This document shows positions 11,300 through 21,994 of a stretch of 64,000 nt of DNA, in pieces. The notes under the pieces are model-generated. The model was not told where the DNA came from. It did not search any database and was given only the letters and a program-made list of their open reading frames with translations. The translations under genes were made by a program, and so were the position numbers. Source of the stretch: Candidatus Poribacteria bacterium (lineage in GTDB: Bacteria > Poribacteria > WGA-4E > WGA-3G); the NCBI GenBank assembly GCA_965197475.1, contig CBDANF010000003.1, forward strand, positions 3,680,001-3,744,000, given 5' to 3'. The stretch's first letter is position 1. Every line of letters begins with the position of its first letter.

Positions 11300-11348
11300 T
11301 CCTGATAATCTGGTAATCCTGATAATCTGGTAATCCTGGTTCAGACAA
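11297..11348. repeat. short tandem repeat (taatcctgataatctgg)n followed by ttcagacaa
   Basis: two full units plus a partial unit. Confidence 0.6.
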
Positions 11349-11616
11349 TTTGCACAGATTAAGCGAATTTTTTGTCATAATTCCTCAATTTTCTACTAAT
11401 TTCCAAAATTATGCAAATTTAACTTGATTTTTTTTGCAAATTTGATATAATTCATTTTAAGACAATCGTTAATTATCTATAATTACTAAATAATTGTCTT
11501 AAGGTAATTGTATTGCAGGAAATTACTATAATACTCGGTTTGCTTGACTGTTGTGTTCTATTCTTCTCAACTGATATGTTGCATACGGGCGTGTCATAAA
11601 CAAAAGGAGGTCTAAA

Positions 11617-12363
11617 ATGTTTCGTGATATTATTGGCAATAAGTGGGTTATTGGGGGGTTTTGCTTCCTGATCGTGTTTGCTATAGCGTGTGTGTTCTGG
11701 TACCGATACGATACGGCACCTGACAGAAAATCGGCAGCGGAGACTGCTGAACTGCTCCGGCAATGGGCAGCTAAGAAAGCGGTAACTGATAGCGAGGCAG
11801 CTGATATACCTGCAGATAGTACAACGCCAAACACGGAGAAAACAACAGCTGGGACAGTGGCGGAAACGGACACAAGTGCCGATACAGAAACCAAGACATA
11901 TAAAGAAGGGGACATCTACATTGGTAAGACACCCCCGCCAATACCGGTTTCTCAAGATCAGCTTGTCTCCCCTTACGGGTTCGGACCCTATCCGGAATTG
12001 CCGGAAGGGTTCGGTCCGATTACATGGCCTCGCAGGAATGCTGAATCTGAGTTATTAACGCGTGTCAGGATCAAACTTCTAAAACAGAATGTCCCTGTTA
12101 AAGGGGTTGTTATGAAAAATGGTTTGGTATATCCTATCATCAAAGGCATCCGTTATGTGGAATGGGGTGAGACATCCTACGGAAGACGATATCTCCGCCG
12201 CTCTACCGGTCATTCTGATGATGGAGATTACATGGAACCCATTGAAGAAGAAAGAAGAAAGCGGCATGAAAGTGTTACTGCGTCTGACTTTCCTGGTATC
12301 CAACTAATACTGTATGAAGAGGGCGGTATAGACCCCTATACCTTCCTTGATTTACCAAAATAA
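11617..12363 (+). CDS. hypothetical N-terminally membrane-anchored protein, copy 2
   Basis: AGGAGG RBS; tandem duplicate of 10399-11142. Confidence 0.8.
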   Translation: MFRDIIGNKWVIGGFCFLIVFAIACVFWYRYDTAPDRKSAAETAELLRQWAAKKAVTDSEAADIPADSTTPNTEKTTAGTVAETDTSADTETKTYKEGDIYIGKTPPPIPVSQDQLVSPYGFGPYPELPEGFGPITWPRRNAESELLTRVRIKLLKQNVPVKGVVMKNGLVYPIIKGIRYVEWGETSYGRRYLRRSTGHSDDGDYMEPIEEERRKRHESVTASDFPGIQLILYEEGGIDPYTFLDLPK

Positions 12364-12373
12364 GGAGAAACAC

Positions 12374-13114
12374 ATGAAACGTTTTATAAGTTACACACTG
12401 ATTTTTACAATACTCGGTTGTAGCACCATTTCCCTTTTTGCTTACAACGACAAAGCCAAAAAGACCGTAAATAAGTATTGGGCAGGATGTATCGCAGAAG
12501 ATTGGGATGGACCTTTATTCGCTGAAGCCTATATTATAGCGGACATAGACTATCCAGGTGAAGGCGACAATTGGCGCGAAAAAATGTCGCACAGGCTTCA
12601 GGCAATTTTAAGAGGAGGCTACGGCATTCACCTTCAGGCGTACGCCAGAGTTGACGGTGAAGCCCCAAGATGGAACGGCAAAGTTGTTAATGATTACGGA
12701 GGCGAGTATGACTTATATGCAAGTGTCTGTTATGAGGATGATGCTAAAAATGATACGTGGGAAGGAGAAGTGGATGAGAAGGTAAAAGCAGAGGATTTCA
12801 TCATATTGGATGTGGACCGCACAAATTGGGATACTATACGCGCTATTAATCAATTTCCTTGTTGGGCATGGGGTGATATAGACGGATCCAGTCCTGAAAT
12901 AGTAGCGTGGAAATGGGTAGGTATTCCGTCTGGTGAATCGGGATCGGAAACCCGGTATGTAAAAGTGCGAGATTGGAATAGATCGCGCCCTGCACTGTCC
13001 CATAATGCGGTTGCAGATGTCTGGAACTTCTCATTTTATGACACTCGAGGTGAAAATAAATGGAACTGCTTTTTCTCAGGTGATACTTCCTGTCCCGAAT
13101 GCGGTGGTAGTTGA
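12374..13114 (+). CDS. secreted hypothetical protein with C-terminal CxxC
   Basis: AAGGAG RBS, signal peptide, ends C-FFSGDTS-CPEC. Confidence 0.7.
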   Translation: MKRFISYTLIFTILGCSTISLFAYNDKAKKTVNKYWAGCIAEDWDGPLFAEAYIIADIDYPGEGDNWREKMSHRLQAILRGGYGIHLQAYARVDGEAPRWNGKVVNDYGGEYDLYASVCYEDDAKNDTWEGEVDEKVKAEDFIILDVDRTNWDTIRAINQFPCWAWGDIDGSSPEIVAWKWVGIPSGESGSETRYVKVRDWNRSRPALSHNAVADVWNFSFYDTRGENKWNCFFSGDTSCPECGGS

Positions 13115-13138
13115 GGCACCGATTCCTATAGAAGAAAC

Positions 13139-13168
13139 AGGCAGGTAATCATTAAGGTTACCTGCCTA
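13139..13168. terminator. hairpin terminator between convergent genes
   Basis: aggcaggtaa...ttacctgcct stem. Confidence 0.55.
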
Positions 13169-13194
13169 TTCATTTAACTGCATAAAATGCGATT

Positions 13195-16100
13195 CTACAC
13201 CTGTTCAACACTCAGCGTCGCTGGTTCGCCGTTGAGTTTCTGATCAAGACTAAATGCATTCTCACCCGGAGATTCAACGACCTCAGTCGTCAAAGTCTCC
13301 GATAGGATATAATCCCGATGTGTTTCAAACGCTTCTACCACCAGCGCGGATGATGTGTTCAAACTAAGTCTAATCCGATCAGACACATTAAAATCGGCAT
13401 CCTTCCGCATGTTCTGTATTTTGTTGACAAGTTCGCGTGCCATGCCTTCAAGCACCAACTCATGCGTCAGTTCCGTTGAAAGTGCCACAAATTTCTTCGC
13501 GTCTACTTCTACAAAAAATCCTTCCCTATTCTGTGTCTGCACGTCAATTTCTGACTGCTCAAGCGTGTAGGTTTCACCAGACGCTTCAAGCTGAAGACTC
13601 CCGTTTGATTCCAATTCCGCTTTTATCTGCATAGTATCTGCGGTAGCGAGTGCCTTTGCGATTGCCTGCACGCCTTTGCCGTACTTTGGTCCCAACACCC
13701 GGAAATTCGGTTTGAGTGTAACTTGTGCAAACGCATCTAAATCTTCTGTGAAGACAATTTCCTTAACATTCAATTCATCGTGAACAAATGCTGCCAAACG
13801 ATTGACGGTCTCTTTTTCTGTATCGGATAATCCACCAAGCGTTATTTCAGCAAGTGGTTGGCGTGTCTTAATACCGGAACGATTCCGAGCGGCATGCCCC
13901 ATACTGATGACTTCGCGTGTGAAAGCCATATCGTTTTCTAATTCAGTATCTATCAACGCAGCATCTGCGGCTGGATATTCCGCAAGGTGGACACTGAGCG
14001 GCGCATCGGGGTCAAGCGAACCGACTAAGTTGCGGTAGAGTTCATCCGCTAAAAATGGAATAAATGGCGCAGCGAGTTTCGCTACAGTAACAAGCACCTC
14101 ATAAAGCGTTGCGTAGGCAGCTTGTTTGTCCTGTCCTGCTTCCGAACCCCAGAAACGGTCGCGGGAACGGCGAACATACCAGTTGCTAAGGTCATCCACA
14201 AACGCCTCAATGGCGCGAGGTGCATTCGTGAGATGGTAATTCTCCATGTCACCGCGCACCTTGTTAATTAAGGTATGCAGGCGGGATAAAATCCATTTGT
14301 CTACGATAGCACGTTCCGCAAACGGAGGTGCATCTTGCAAGACATCAACCTGTTCTAAGTTAGCATACATCACAAAAAAACTATAAACGTTGTGAAGCGT
14401 TCCCATAAACTTTTTCAACGCTTCGTCAATACCTTCAAGTTTGAAAGTCCGCTGTGCCCAAGGCGGTGATGCTGTGAACATATACCACCGCATTGCGTCT
14501 GCACCCTGCTCGTTTAAAATCGTCCACGGATCTACCGTGTTGCCCCGACTCTTACTCATCTTCTGCCCGTCTGAAGCGAGAATTAGTTCAAGGCAGAGGC
14601 AGTTTTTATAGGCGGGTTTGTCGTAGAGGAGTGTGCCGGTTGCTAAGAGACTATAGAACCACCCGCGGGTCTGATCGATTGCTTCCGAGATGAAATCTGC
14701 GGGATAGGCACGCTCAAACAGTTCCTTGTTTTCAAAAGGATAATGCCATTGCGCGGTGTGTGCACATCCTGAGTCAAACCAACAATCAATCACATCCTGT
14801 ATGCGATGCATCGTGCTACTGCATTTCTCACAGGTAAGCACAACGTCATCCACATAAGGACGGTGCAGTTCAATATCGTCAGGCACATCGGTGCCAAGTT
14901 CCTTCAATTCGGCAATACTACCAACACAGTGTTGATGTCCACAATCGTCACAAATCCAGATTGGTAGCGGTGTTCCCCAATAACGTTCACGACTCAATCC
15001 CCAGTCGATATTATTTTCCAACCAATTACCGAACCTACCGTCTTTGATATGCTCAGGGTACCAGTTGATTTCCTGATTGTGCTGACGCATTTGGTCTCTA
15101 ATGGTGGTCGTGCGGATAAACCACGATTCGCGCGCATAGTAGAGCAGCGGGGTATCGCATCGCCAACAGAACGGATATTGGTGAGTATACTCGGTAGCTT
15201 TGAACAACAACCCTCGTCTGTCCAAGTTCTCAATGATTTTCGGGTCAGCGTCTTTGACGTATTCACCTGCCCACACATCTTTAACCTCTGCGACAAATTT
15301 GCCATCTGCCCCCACCAATTGCACTAACGGTAAATTATATTTTTGCCCAATATCGTAGTCATCTTGCCCGAAAGCGGGAGCAATATGGACTATACCGCTA
15401 CCCTCAGTCGTCGTGACGAAATCACCTGGGACAACATAATGGCATTTTTCCGGATGTTGTCCACTGTCAAAAAGCGGTTCGTATTCCCAATTGAGTAGGT
15501 CAATGCCCTTATAGTTTTCAACGATTTGCGGGGGTTCATCGCCAAATAGACTCGGCATACATTCCTTCGCGAGGATGAGGTGTTGTCCGTTCTGTTCAAC
15601 GGCGACGTAATCGAAATCTTCACCGACAGCCACAGCAACGTTAGATGGTAACGTCCACGGTGTCGTTGTCCAAACAAGTAGATAAGTATTCTCTCTGTTT
15701 TTGAGTGGAAATCGCACAAAGATGGATGGGTCATCAACTTCTTGGTAACCGAGCGCGACTTCGTGGCTTGCCAAGGTTGTGCCACACCTATAGCAATACG
15801 GTTGCACCTTATGTCCCTGATACAATAGTTTTTTATCCCATGCTTGCCGCAACACCCACCAGACACTCTCAATGTAATCGTTTGACAACGTGATATACGC
15901 CTCATCTAAATTTACCCAGAACCCGATACGTTCTGTCATCTGCCGCCAATCCTGTTCGTATTGGAAGACGTTCTCTTTGCATTTTTCAATAAAATTCTGA
16001 ACGCCGTAAGCTTCCAGTTCCGCTTTATTTGTGATGTTGAGTTGCTTTTCGACCTGATATTCTACGGGAAGTCCATGTGTGTCCCACCCCGCTTTTCTGT

Positions 16101-16353
16101 GGACGTAATGTCCTGTCATGGTCTTATAACGGCAGACAGCGTCTTTCATGATGCGTGCAAGGACGTGATGCACACCGGGCGGGGCATTTGCAAACGGTGG
16201 TCCCTCAAGAAAAATAAAGGGTGGCGCGTCTTTGTACATCTCCATACTCTTCTGAAAGATGTCGTTTTCACTCCAGAACGCTAAGATCTGTTTCTCCTTC
16301 TCAGCAAACGTGAATTGCGGTGATACCTCTTCAAACATGCGAAATTCCCTCAT
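13195..16353 (-). CDS. ileS: isoleucine--tRNA ligase (IleRS2 type)
   Basis: EGPPFAN, HVLA (HIGH-like), GWDTHGLPVE, DWGLSRERYWGTPLP, KMSKS, type-2 C-terminal EGMARELVNKIQNMRK. Confidence 0.97.
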   Translation of the reverse strand: MREFRMFEEVSPQFTFAEKEKQILAFWSENDIFQKSMEMYKDAPPFIFLEGPPFANAPPGVHHVLARIMKDAVCRYKTMTGHYVHRKAGWDTHGLPVEYQVEKQLNITNKAELEAYGVQNFIEKCKENVFQYEQDWRQMTERIGFWVNLDEAYITLSNDYIESVWWVLRQAWDKKLLYQGHKVQPYCYRCGTTLASHEVALGYQEVDDPSIFVRFPLKNRENTYLLVWTTTPWTLPSNVAVAVGEDFDYVAVEQNGQHLILAKECMPSLFGDEPPQIVENYKGIDLLNWEYEPLFDSGQHPEKCHYVVPGDFVTTTEGSGIVHIAPAFGQDDYDIGQKYNLPLVQLVGADGKFVAEVKDVWAGEYVKDADPKIIENLDRRGLLFKATEYTHQYPFCWRCDTPLLYYARESWFIRTTTIRDQMRQHNQEINWYPEHIKDGRFGNWLENNIDWGLSRERYWGTPLPIWICDDCGHQHCVGSIAELKELGTDVPDDIELHRPYVDDVVLTCEKCSSTMHRIQDVIDCWFDSGCAHTAQWHYPFENKELFERAYPADFISEAIDQTRGWFYSLLATGTLLYDKPAYKNCLCLELILASDGQKMSKSRGNTVDPWTILNEQGADAMRWYMFTASPPWAQRTFKLEGIDEALKKFMGTLHNVYSFFVMYANLEQVDVLQDAPPFAERAIVDKWILSRLHTLINKVRGDMENYHLTNAPRAIEAFVDDLSNWYVRRSRDRFWGSEAGQDKQAAYATLYEVLVTVAKLAAPFIPFLADELYRNLVGSLDPDAPLSVHLAEYPAADAALIDTELENDMAFTREVISMGHAARNRSGIKTRQPLAEITLGGLSDTEKETVNRLAAFVHDELNVKEIVFTEDLDAFAQVTLKPNFRVLGPKYGKGVQAIAKALATADTMQIKAELESNGSLQLEASGETYTLEQSEIDVQTQNREGFFVEVDAKKFVALSTELTHELVLEGMARELVNKIQNMRKDADFNVSDRIRLSLNTSSALVVEAFETHRDYILSETLTTEVVESPGENAFSLDQKLNGEPATLSVEQV

Positions 16354-16370
16354 TAGTCTCAGTAATTGTT

Positions 16371-16416
16371 AAAAAACAAAACGCCCCACCGAAATTGTCT
16401 GTTTCAGTGATGGGCG
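16371..16416 (-). terminator. attenuator terminator upstream of ileS
   Basis: minus strand CGCCCATCACTGAAA-cagacaa-TTTCGGTGGGGCG followed by TTTTGTTTTTT. Confidence 0.85.
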
Positions 16417-16447
16417 CGTCTCAATAATACTTCTTATCTGCTTGTGA

Positions 16448-16576
16448 TTAACCCACCACAACACGACGAATAGCAATAATAATGTGTATGACGCGAAGGT
16501 GGTCTTGATGTCCGGCAGTGTCGCGCGCAGACCTTTTGTATTGCGATGTGAGTGTGGTAAGCGATTGATAAAGCAT
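16448..16576 (-). CDS. ileS leader (attenuator) peptide, 42 aa, Ile/Val-rich C-terminus
   Basis: hand translation MLYQSLTTLTSQYKRSARDTAGHQDHLRVIHIIIAIRRVVVG*; AGGA RBS; precedes the terminator. Confidence 0.8.
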   Translation of the reverse strand: MLYQSLTTLTSQYKRSARDTAGHQDHLRVIHIIIAIRRVVVG

Positions 16577-16612
16577 CTTATAATCCTGATTAGATTGTAT
16601 GTTTATTAATGT

Positions 16613-16642
16613 ATGATACTACATGCTATAGTGTGATGTCAA
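16613..16642 (-). promoter_or_regulatory. putative sigma70 promoter of the ileS leader
   Basis: minus strand TTGACA-18 bp-TATCAT. Confidence 0.6.
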
Positions 16643-16705
16643 ATCTTTTTGGTACAAATCCTGAGAATTAGTGTATAATGGATATAGTTGAAAGGAAACA
16701 CCTTT

Positions 16706-18182
16706 ATGGAACAAGAAAAAGATAGTTCACTCAAGCAGAATACCATAGAAACACAAGGTGCCACGGTTTGCCTTGAAATAGAAAACCCTTGCTATATAGA
16801 TGGAATTCTGGTAGCAGTTCAAGGTTTCCGGGGTAGTGGTTTCTTTGTAGAACGCGACAAAATTGTAACAAACGTTCATGTCCTTGCTGGAGCAACAAAA
16901 GTCACAGCAATGCACGTTGACACAGAAACAGTTTACACTATATTGAAGGCATCATAGCATTTGATGATATAAACGACCTCGCTGTTTTAAAGGTTGCAGA
17001 AGAACGGACATCATTTCCCCTCGGTGACAGCAGTATAGTTCGGAAAGGTGACCAAGTTTGTGTTATAGGTTACCCTAAGAAAAAAGTGAGCAGCGTGGAA
17101 AGCACTGTACACAGCATCCGAAATAGCGGCAAACACCTGTGGCTAAATTTTAAGCTTTATGAAGGGAATAGCGGAGGTCCCGTGCTAAACGTTAAAGGTG
17201 AAGTAATAGCCGTTGCCGCAGCTGGAGAAATATCTTTTGATAACAGCGCACCGGGGACAGGTAGAACCATTTCCTCCAATGTTCTCAAGTTTCTGCTGAA
17301 GGAGGAAAGAAACGTGGAACCTATTAATGTATGGCAAGAACGTTCACAAATACGTGCCTATGTAGCAGCATATGAAGGAGATGATAATCGAGAACAAGGT
17401 GAATATAAGGAGGCAATAGTACACTATGATACTGCTCTCAAACTTAATCCTGATTTGTCGGACATCTACAATAATCGAGCCTCAACTAAGTTTTCCATAG
17501 GGAGGTATGATGAAGCATTTGCAGATTCACTTACTGCTCTCCGACTCGAACCTGAACGATTTAGTTTTTCAGGTTTTGGGACATTCTGTTTATGGAAGTG
17601 GAAAATTGCCAAACTTTTTTTAATGAGTCTTATTCTCAGGTTTATAAGGAATGTATTTGGTGCAGATAATTGGTTGGCAATTCAAGGGCAGGTGAAGTTC
17701 CGTCTTGCCAAAGCAAGAGCTGAACAAGGAAATATAGCAGAAGCTCGAAATTTATACCGAGCGGGATTGACAACTTTACGGAAGCTATCAATCAAAGACC
17801 GAAGAGAGGAAAATTCTATAATGGGCGGGAATGGGTGAAATACCTCTTGGGGCAACTTGAAACTAAAAAAGGAAACACCGCGGAGGCACAAAAACTATAT
17901 CAAGAAGCGGCCTCCGACGGTGATGAAGCACTCCGGTTAGAGTCAAAGAATACTAAACGTCGGTCTGCTATCTATCACACTCGTGGTGCTGCAAAAGCTG
18001 CCTTAAGCGATCATTACGGTGCCATAGAAGATTTCAATGAATCCATCCGACTCAGACCAAAGAAGGCATTGTACTATAACGACCGTGGGCTTTCAAAAGA
18101 AGCACTCGGACAGCAGGAAGATGCGGAGGCAGATTTTGCGAAAGCAAAGGAATTAGACCAAGATTTTAAAGACAAGTCTTAG
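16706..18182 (+). pseudogene. trypsin-like serine protease + TPR protein, two frameshifts
   Basis: GSGFF/TNVHV in 16688-16957, GNSGGP and TPRs in 17086-17838, TPR tail in 17835-18182; colinear with 18216-19919. Confidence 0.75.
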
Positions 18183-18215
18183 AGACTAAGGCACAGGCAA
18201 TAGGAGAACATACCA

Positions 18216-19919
18216 ATGCAACAAGAAAGAGACAATCTATCCCAGCAAAATGTAGAAGAAATCATAGGTACAGTTGTTCGCTTGGAAAACGCCTATGAGG
18301 GTAAGGATAAAACCGGTAGAGGCAGTGGGTTTTTCATTGAACCTGACAAAATTGTTACCAACGTTCATGTTCTCATTGACGGCGAATTAGTCGGAGTAAA
18401 GTGTCAAAAAACAGGAACAGCTTACACTGTTGAAGGTATTATAGCCTTTGACGATATAAATGACCTCGCTGTTTTAAAGATTGTAGAAAAAGCTACGCCA
18501 TTTCCTCTTGGCGACAGCAGGAGGGTTCGGATAGGTGACCGAGTCTGTCTCATAGGTTGTCGTGAAGGAAAAGTAAACCGCGTGGAAGGCACTGTGGATA
18601 GCATCCGAAATAGCGGTAAACACCACTGGATAGAATTCAATATTCCTTCTGGACGAGGGTATAGCGGTAGTCCTGTACTGAATGCTAAAGGCGAAGTTGT
18701 TTCCGTTGTCCAATCTTCAGAAGCATATTCTAAACAAGATACACCAACAAAATACAGAACTATTTCCTCAAATGTTCTCAAACTTCCGTTGGAACATACC
18801 GGAGAAGTGGAGTCTCTTGAAACATGGCAAAATAGGGATCGCATACGTGCTTATGTAAAATATAATGATGGCTATCTTAGTAGTCAACACGGTGATATAA
18901 AGGAAGCAATAGCACTCTATGACGCTGCCATAAAACTCAACCCTGATGTGGCTGATGCCTACAATGGCAGAGCCGTAGCGAAGAAGTCCTTAGCGAAATT
19001 GGACGAGGCACTCCCTGATTCACTCGCTGCCCTCAAACTCAATCGGGAACGATTTAGTTTTTCGCGATTTGGGATATTCCTTTCATGGAAGTGGAGAGTT
19101 ATCAAACTTTCTGTCGCCTGCCGTTTGCAAAGATTCATAAGGAGTATATTTGGGGAAGATAAGTGGCTCAATATTCAAGTACAGGTGAGGTTACGTGTCG
19201 CCAAAACAAGAATTACGCAGGGAAAAACGTCAGAAGCTCTAAATATATACCAAGCAGTAATTGATGACTTTACTGAAGTTATTATTCAGGGACCGATTGA
19301 AGCGAAACAGAAAAACCTGAGCGCGGCACGAAGATTATATCAAGAGGCAATTGGCGATCTTACTGAAGTTATCAATCAAAAACAGAAGCCGGTACGATCC
19401 TACTATAACAGGGGAAGATCAAAATATATTTTCGGAGAATTTGAAAATCAACTGCAAAATTTGGATACGGCACAAAAACTTTATCAAAGTGCAATAAGCG
19501 ACTATACTGAAGCTATTAATTTAAAAATAGGAGGGTTGTACACCTACAATCACCGTGGACAGACAAAATATCAGTTAGCAAAGGTTGAAACGAAACAGGG
19601 GAATACCACAGCATCGCAAAACCTATATCAAGAGATCGTAGCCGATAATGATAAGGCACTTGGGTTAGAAGGAAAATGTGTCGCATGTCGTACTGCTATC
19701 CATCACATTCGCGGCGTGGCAAAAGCTGCACTTGATGATCATGAGGGTGCAATTGAAGATTTCAATGAATCCATTCGCCTAAATCCGAATAAAGCTCTCT
19801 ACTACAACGAGCGTGGGAAGGCAAAAGAAGCACTTGGGCGGCACGAAGCAGCAGAAGCCGACTTTACGAAAGCAAAAGAATTAGACCCGGATTTGAAAAT
19901 AAGTCAAACTAACAAATGA
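18216..19919 (+). CDS. trypsin-like serine protease + TPR repeat protein
   Basis: GSGFF, TNVHV, NDLAVLK, GYSGSP; multiple TPRs. Confidence 0.88.
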   Translation: MQQERDNLSQQNVEEIIGTVVRLENAYEGKDKTGRGSGFFIEPDKIVTNVHVLIDGELVGVKCQKTGTAYTVEGIIAFDDINDLAVLKIVEKATPFPLGDSRRVRIGDRVCLIGCREGKVNRVEGTVDSIRNSGKHHWIEFNIPSGRGYSGSPVLNAKGEVVSVVQSSEAYSKQDTPTKYRTISSNVLKLPLEHTGEVESLETWQNRDRIRAYVKYNDGYLSSQHGDIKEAIALYDAAIKLNPDVADAYNGRAVAKKSLAKLDEALPDSLAALKLNRERFSFSRFGIFLSWKWRVIKLSVACRLQRFIRSIFGEDKWLNIQVQVRLRVAKTRITQGKTSEALNIYQAVIDDFTEVIIQGPIEAKQKNLSAARRLYQEAIGDLTEVINQKQKPVRSYYNRGRSKYIFGEFENQLQNLDTAQKLYQSAISDYTEAINLKIGGLYTYNHRGQTKYQLAKVETKQGNTTASQNLYQEIVADNDKALGLEGKCVACRTAIHHIRGVAKAALDDHEGAIEDFNESIRLNPNKALYYNERGKAKEALGRHEAAEADFTKAKELDPDLKISQTNK

Positions 19920-19938
19920 TAAAGGCAATAGAAGGTGA

Positions 19939-20673
19939 ATGACCATGAAAGAGGGAAAAGATGCATTGTTACAACAACAAATTCTTGATAACAATAAAGA
20001 ATCTACAGTTTACTTGGAAATAGAAATTGATGACAGCGAAAACTTTGAATTAGACTCAGAATATCCAAACATTATAACTGCAACAGGTTTCTATGTAGAA
20101 CCAGACAAGATAGTGACGACCATAGCTGTTCTTGCCAAGGCTGAAACTGTTATTCCGTTCTCCCCAAATCAATATGAGACAATAAGGGAGCACTCCACAT
20201 CTCGCTTAGGTAAGAAACAGAACGAAATGGATATTTTCCCGTTGAGCCAATACAAAAATGTTCAGATTAACGGTAAGGAAGACATCACTATTGAAGGGTA
20301 ACCGCCTATGATGCAAAAAGCAATCTGGTACTTCTTAAAGTTGATAACATAAGTGTCCCACTATCCATCGGAAACAGCGACACCATCCAAATAAACGATC
20401 CAGTTTATATCATAGGATACCATTTAGAGACGGGATACGAGGGTAGAGCAGGTTACATTCAAGGCAGATACGGTGACAACATACGTTACCAAATAAAAAC
20501 CGAATTTATTACTGGGGCTTTCGGCAGCCCCGTTATGAATAAGAACAACGAAGTCATTGGTGTTGCTACCACAGGGTTAGATTCTGATATTGAGGATCTC
20601 AGCACTATGACTACAATTATGGTTTCCTCCAACGTGATCAATACTTTAATCGCTAATTCAGGAAATGTAATAC
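19939..20673 (+). pseudogene. degenerate trypsin-like paralog, frameshifted near 20298 and truncated by IS3
   Basis: TGFYVEPDKIVTT, GAFGSPVMN; catalytic His and Ser replaced; ends at the IS3 left end. Confidence 0.65.
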
Positions 20674-20752
20674 TGTACTGCCACCGGAAATTCGGGCCGC
20701 TCTCTAAGACAAGATTATGGTATAATATCCATCTCCTTGAAAGGAGTATCCG

Positions 20753-21043
20753 ATGGCGAAACGAAAACGAAGAAACTTCACCCCCGAGTTTAAAGCCGAA
20801 GTTGTTCTTGAGGCTCTCAGCGTTGAAAGTTCCCAAGCAGAAGTGTGTCGGCGACATAACCTCATCGATGAACAACTTTCAAAGTGGAAGCGACAGCTTC
20901 TTGAAAAAGCGGCGACCCTCTTTGAACCCGCTGATAAACAGTCTGATGCCTCTGCGGAGCGGATCGCCCAACTTGAGCAACTCGTTGGGCGGTTGACCTT
21001 GGCACTTGACATCCAAAAAAAAGCCTCAACTTACTTGAGTTAG
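20753..21043 (+). CDS. IS3 transposase OrfA
   Basis: RRNFTPEFKAEVV HTH; A8G slippery run at 21015-21023 leads into the -1 frame of OrfB. Confidence 0.9.
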   Translation: MAKRKRRNFTPEFKAEVVLEALSVESSQAEVCRRHNLIDEQLSKWKRQLLEKAATLFEPADKQSDASAERIAQLEQLVGRLTLALDIQKKASTYLS

Positions 21044-21048
21044 CCTCG

Positions 21049-21879
21049 ATGGAGCAGCGAGAAATGGTTACGGCATTACGGACAGACTTTTCGGTTCGGC
21101 AGATATGTGAGACACTCGGTTTCAACCGAAGCAACCTCTATTATCACTCCAAGCAGGCCCCGTGTGAAGCGGGCCTCCAGGATGAAATAGAGACGTTATC
21201 TTTGCTATATCCAACATACGGATATAGGCGTCCCACACAGTTGTTGGTGCGTAGCGGATACACCATCGGGTATAAACGTGTTGCCCGATTGATGAAGTCC
21301 GCCAACCTCTCGGTTTCTGTCAAGCGTGTCTGTCAAACCACGACATCCGTTGCGGGTGTGCGTCCCTGGAGCAATCGCCTTGAAAACCTTGATGTCTCCC
21401 GATGTAATCAGGTCTGGGTGGGCGATATTACCTACGTCCGCCTCAAAGGACACTTTATCTATGTTTGTCTGCTCATGGATGTCTTCACTCGCATGATCAG
21501 AGGGTGGCATATCAGTCAACACTTGACGCAATCTCTGACGTTGAAACCCTTGGAGACAGCATTATGTCAAAGTGTCCCAGAGATCCATCATTCTGATCAA
21601 GGCGTTCAATATCTTTCAAATGCGTCCATCTCACTGCTTAGGCATCATGGGATTGAGATTTCAGTCGCCCGGAGAGGGTGTCCTTGGGAGAACGGATATG
21701 CTGAAAGACTTATCCGCACGCTCAAGGAAGAAGAAGTTCATCTCAATGACTATGAGGACATCCACGAAGCAAGAACCCGCATTGGGCATTTTATTACACA
21801 AGTGTATAATCACAAACGCCCTCACTCTGCGTTAGGGTATTTGACACCTGTGGAATTTGAGCAAAAAAACTTGTCTTAA
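21049..21879 (+). CDS. IS3 transposase OrfB (DDE)
   Basis: YGYRR, WVGDITY, HHSDQGVQY, ENGYAERLIRTLKEE, YNHKRPHSALGY. Confidence 0.93.
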   Translation: MEQREMVTALRTDFSVRQICETLGFNRSNLYYHSKQAPCEAGLQDEIETLSLLYPTYGYRRPTQLLVRSGYTIGYKRVARLMKSANLSVSVKRVCQTTTSVAGVRPWSNRLENLDVSRCNQVWVGDITYVRLKGHFIYVCLLMDVFTRMIRGWHISQHLTQSLTLKPLETALCQSVPEIHHSDQGVQYLSNASISLLRHHGIEISVARRGCPWENGYAERLIRTLKEEEVHLNDYEDIHEARTRIGHFITQVYNHKRPHSALGYLTPVEFEQKNLS

Positions 21880-21994
21880 CTTTGCTAAATTTTGGTCTGA
21901 ATAAACGGTAGCACTTCATAGATTTTTATTTGATGGTTTTGGAAATCACGCGCCAAATTGCACAGTGACGATATAAATTTCAAAGGAAATTAAA

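Larger units (their letters stand above)
20674..21918 (+). mobile_element. IS3 family insertion sequence, copy 1
   Basis: TG...CA ends; imperfect IRs tgtactgccaccggaaattcgggcc and tgaagtgctaccgtttattcagacc; second copy at 61570-62814. Confidence 0.93.

Noticed and set aside
16360-16600. T-box riboswitch upstream of ileS
   Set aside because: No AAnnnnGGTGGnACC T-box consensus found; the leader peptide model explains the region better.
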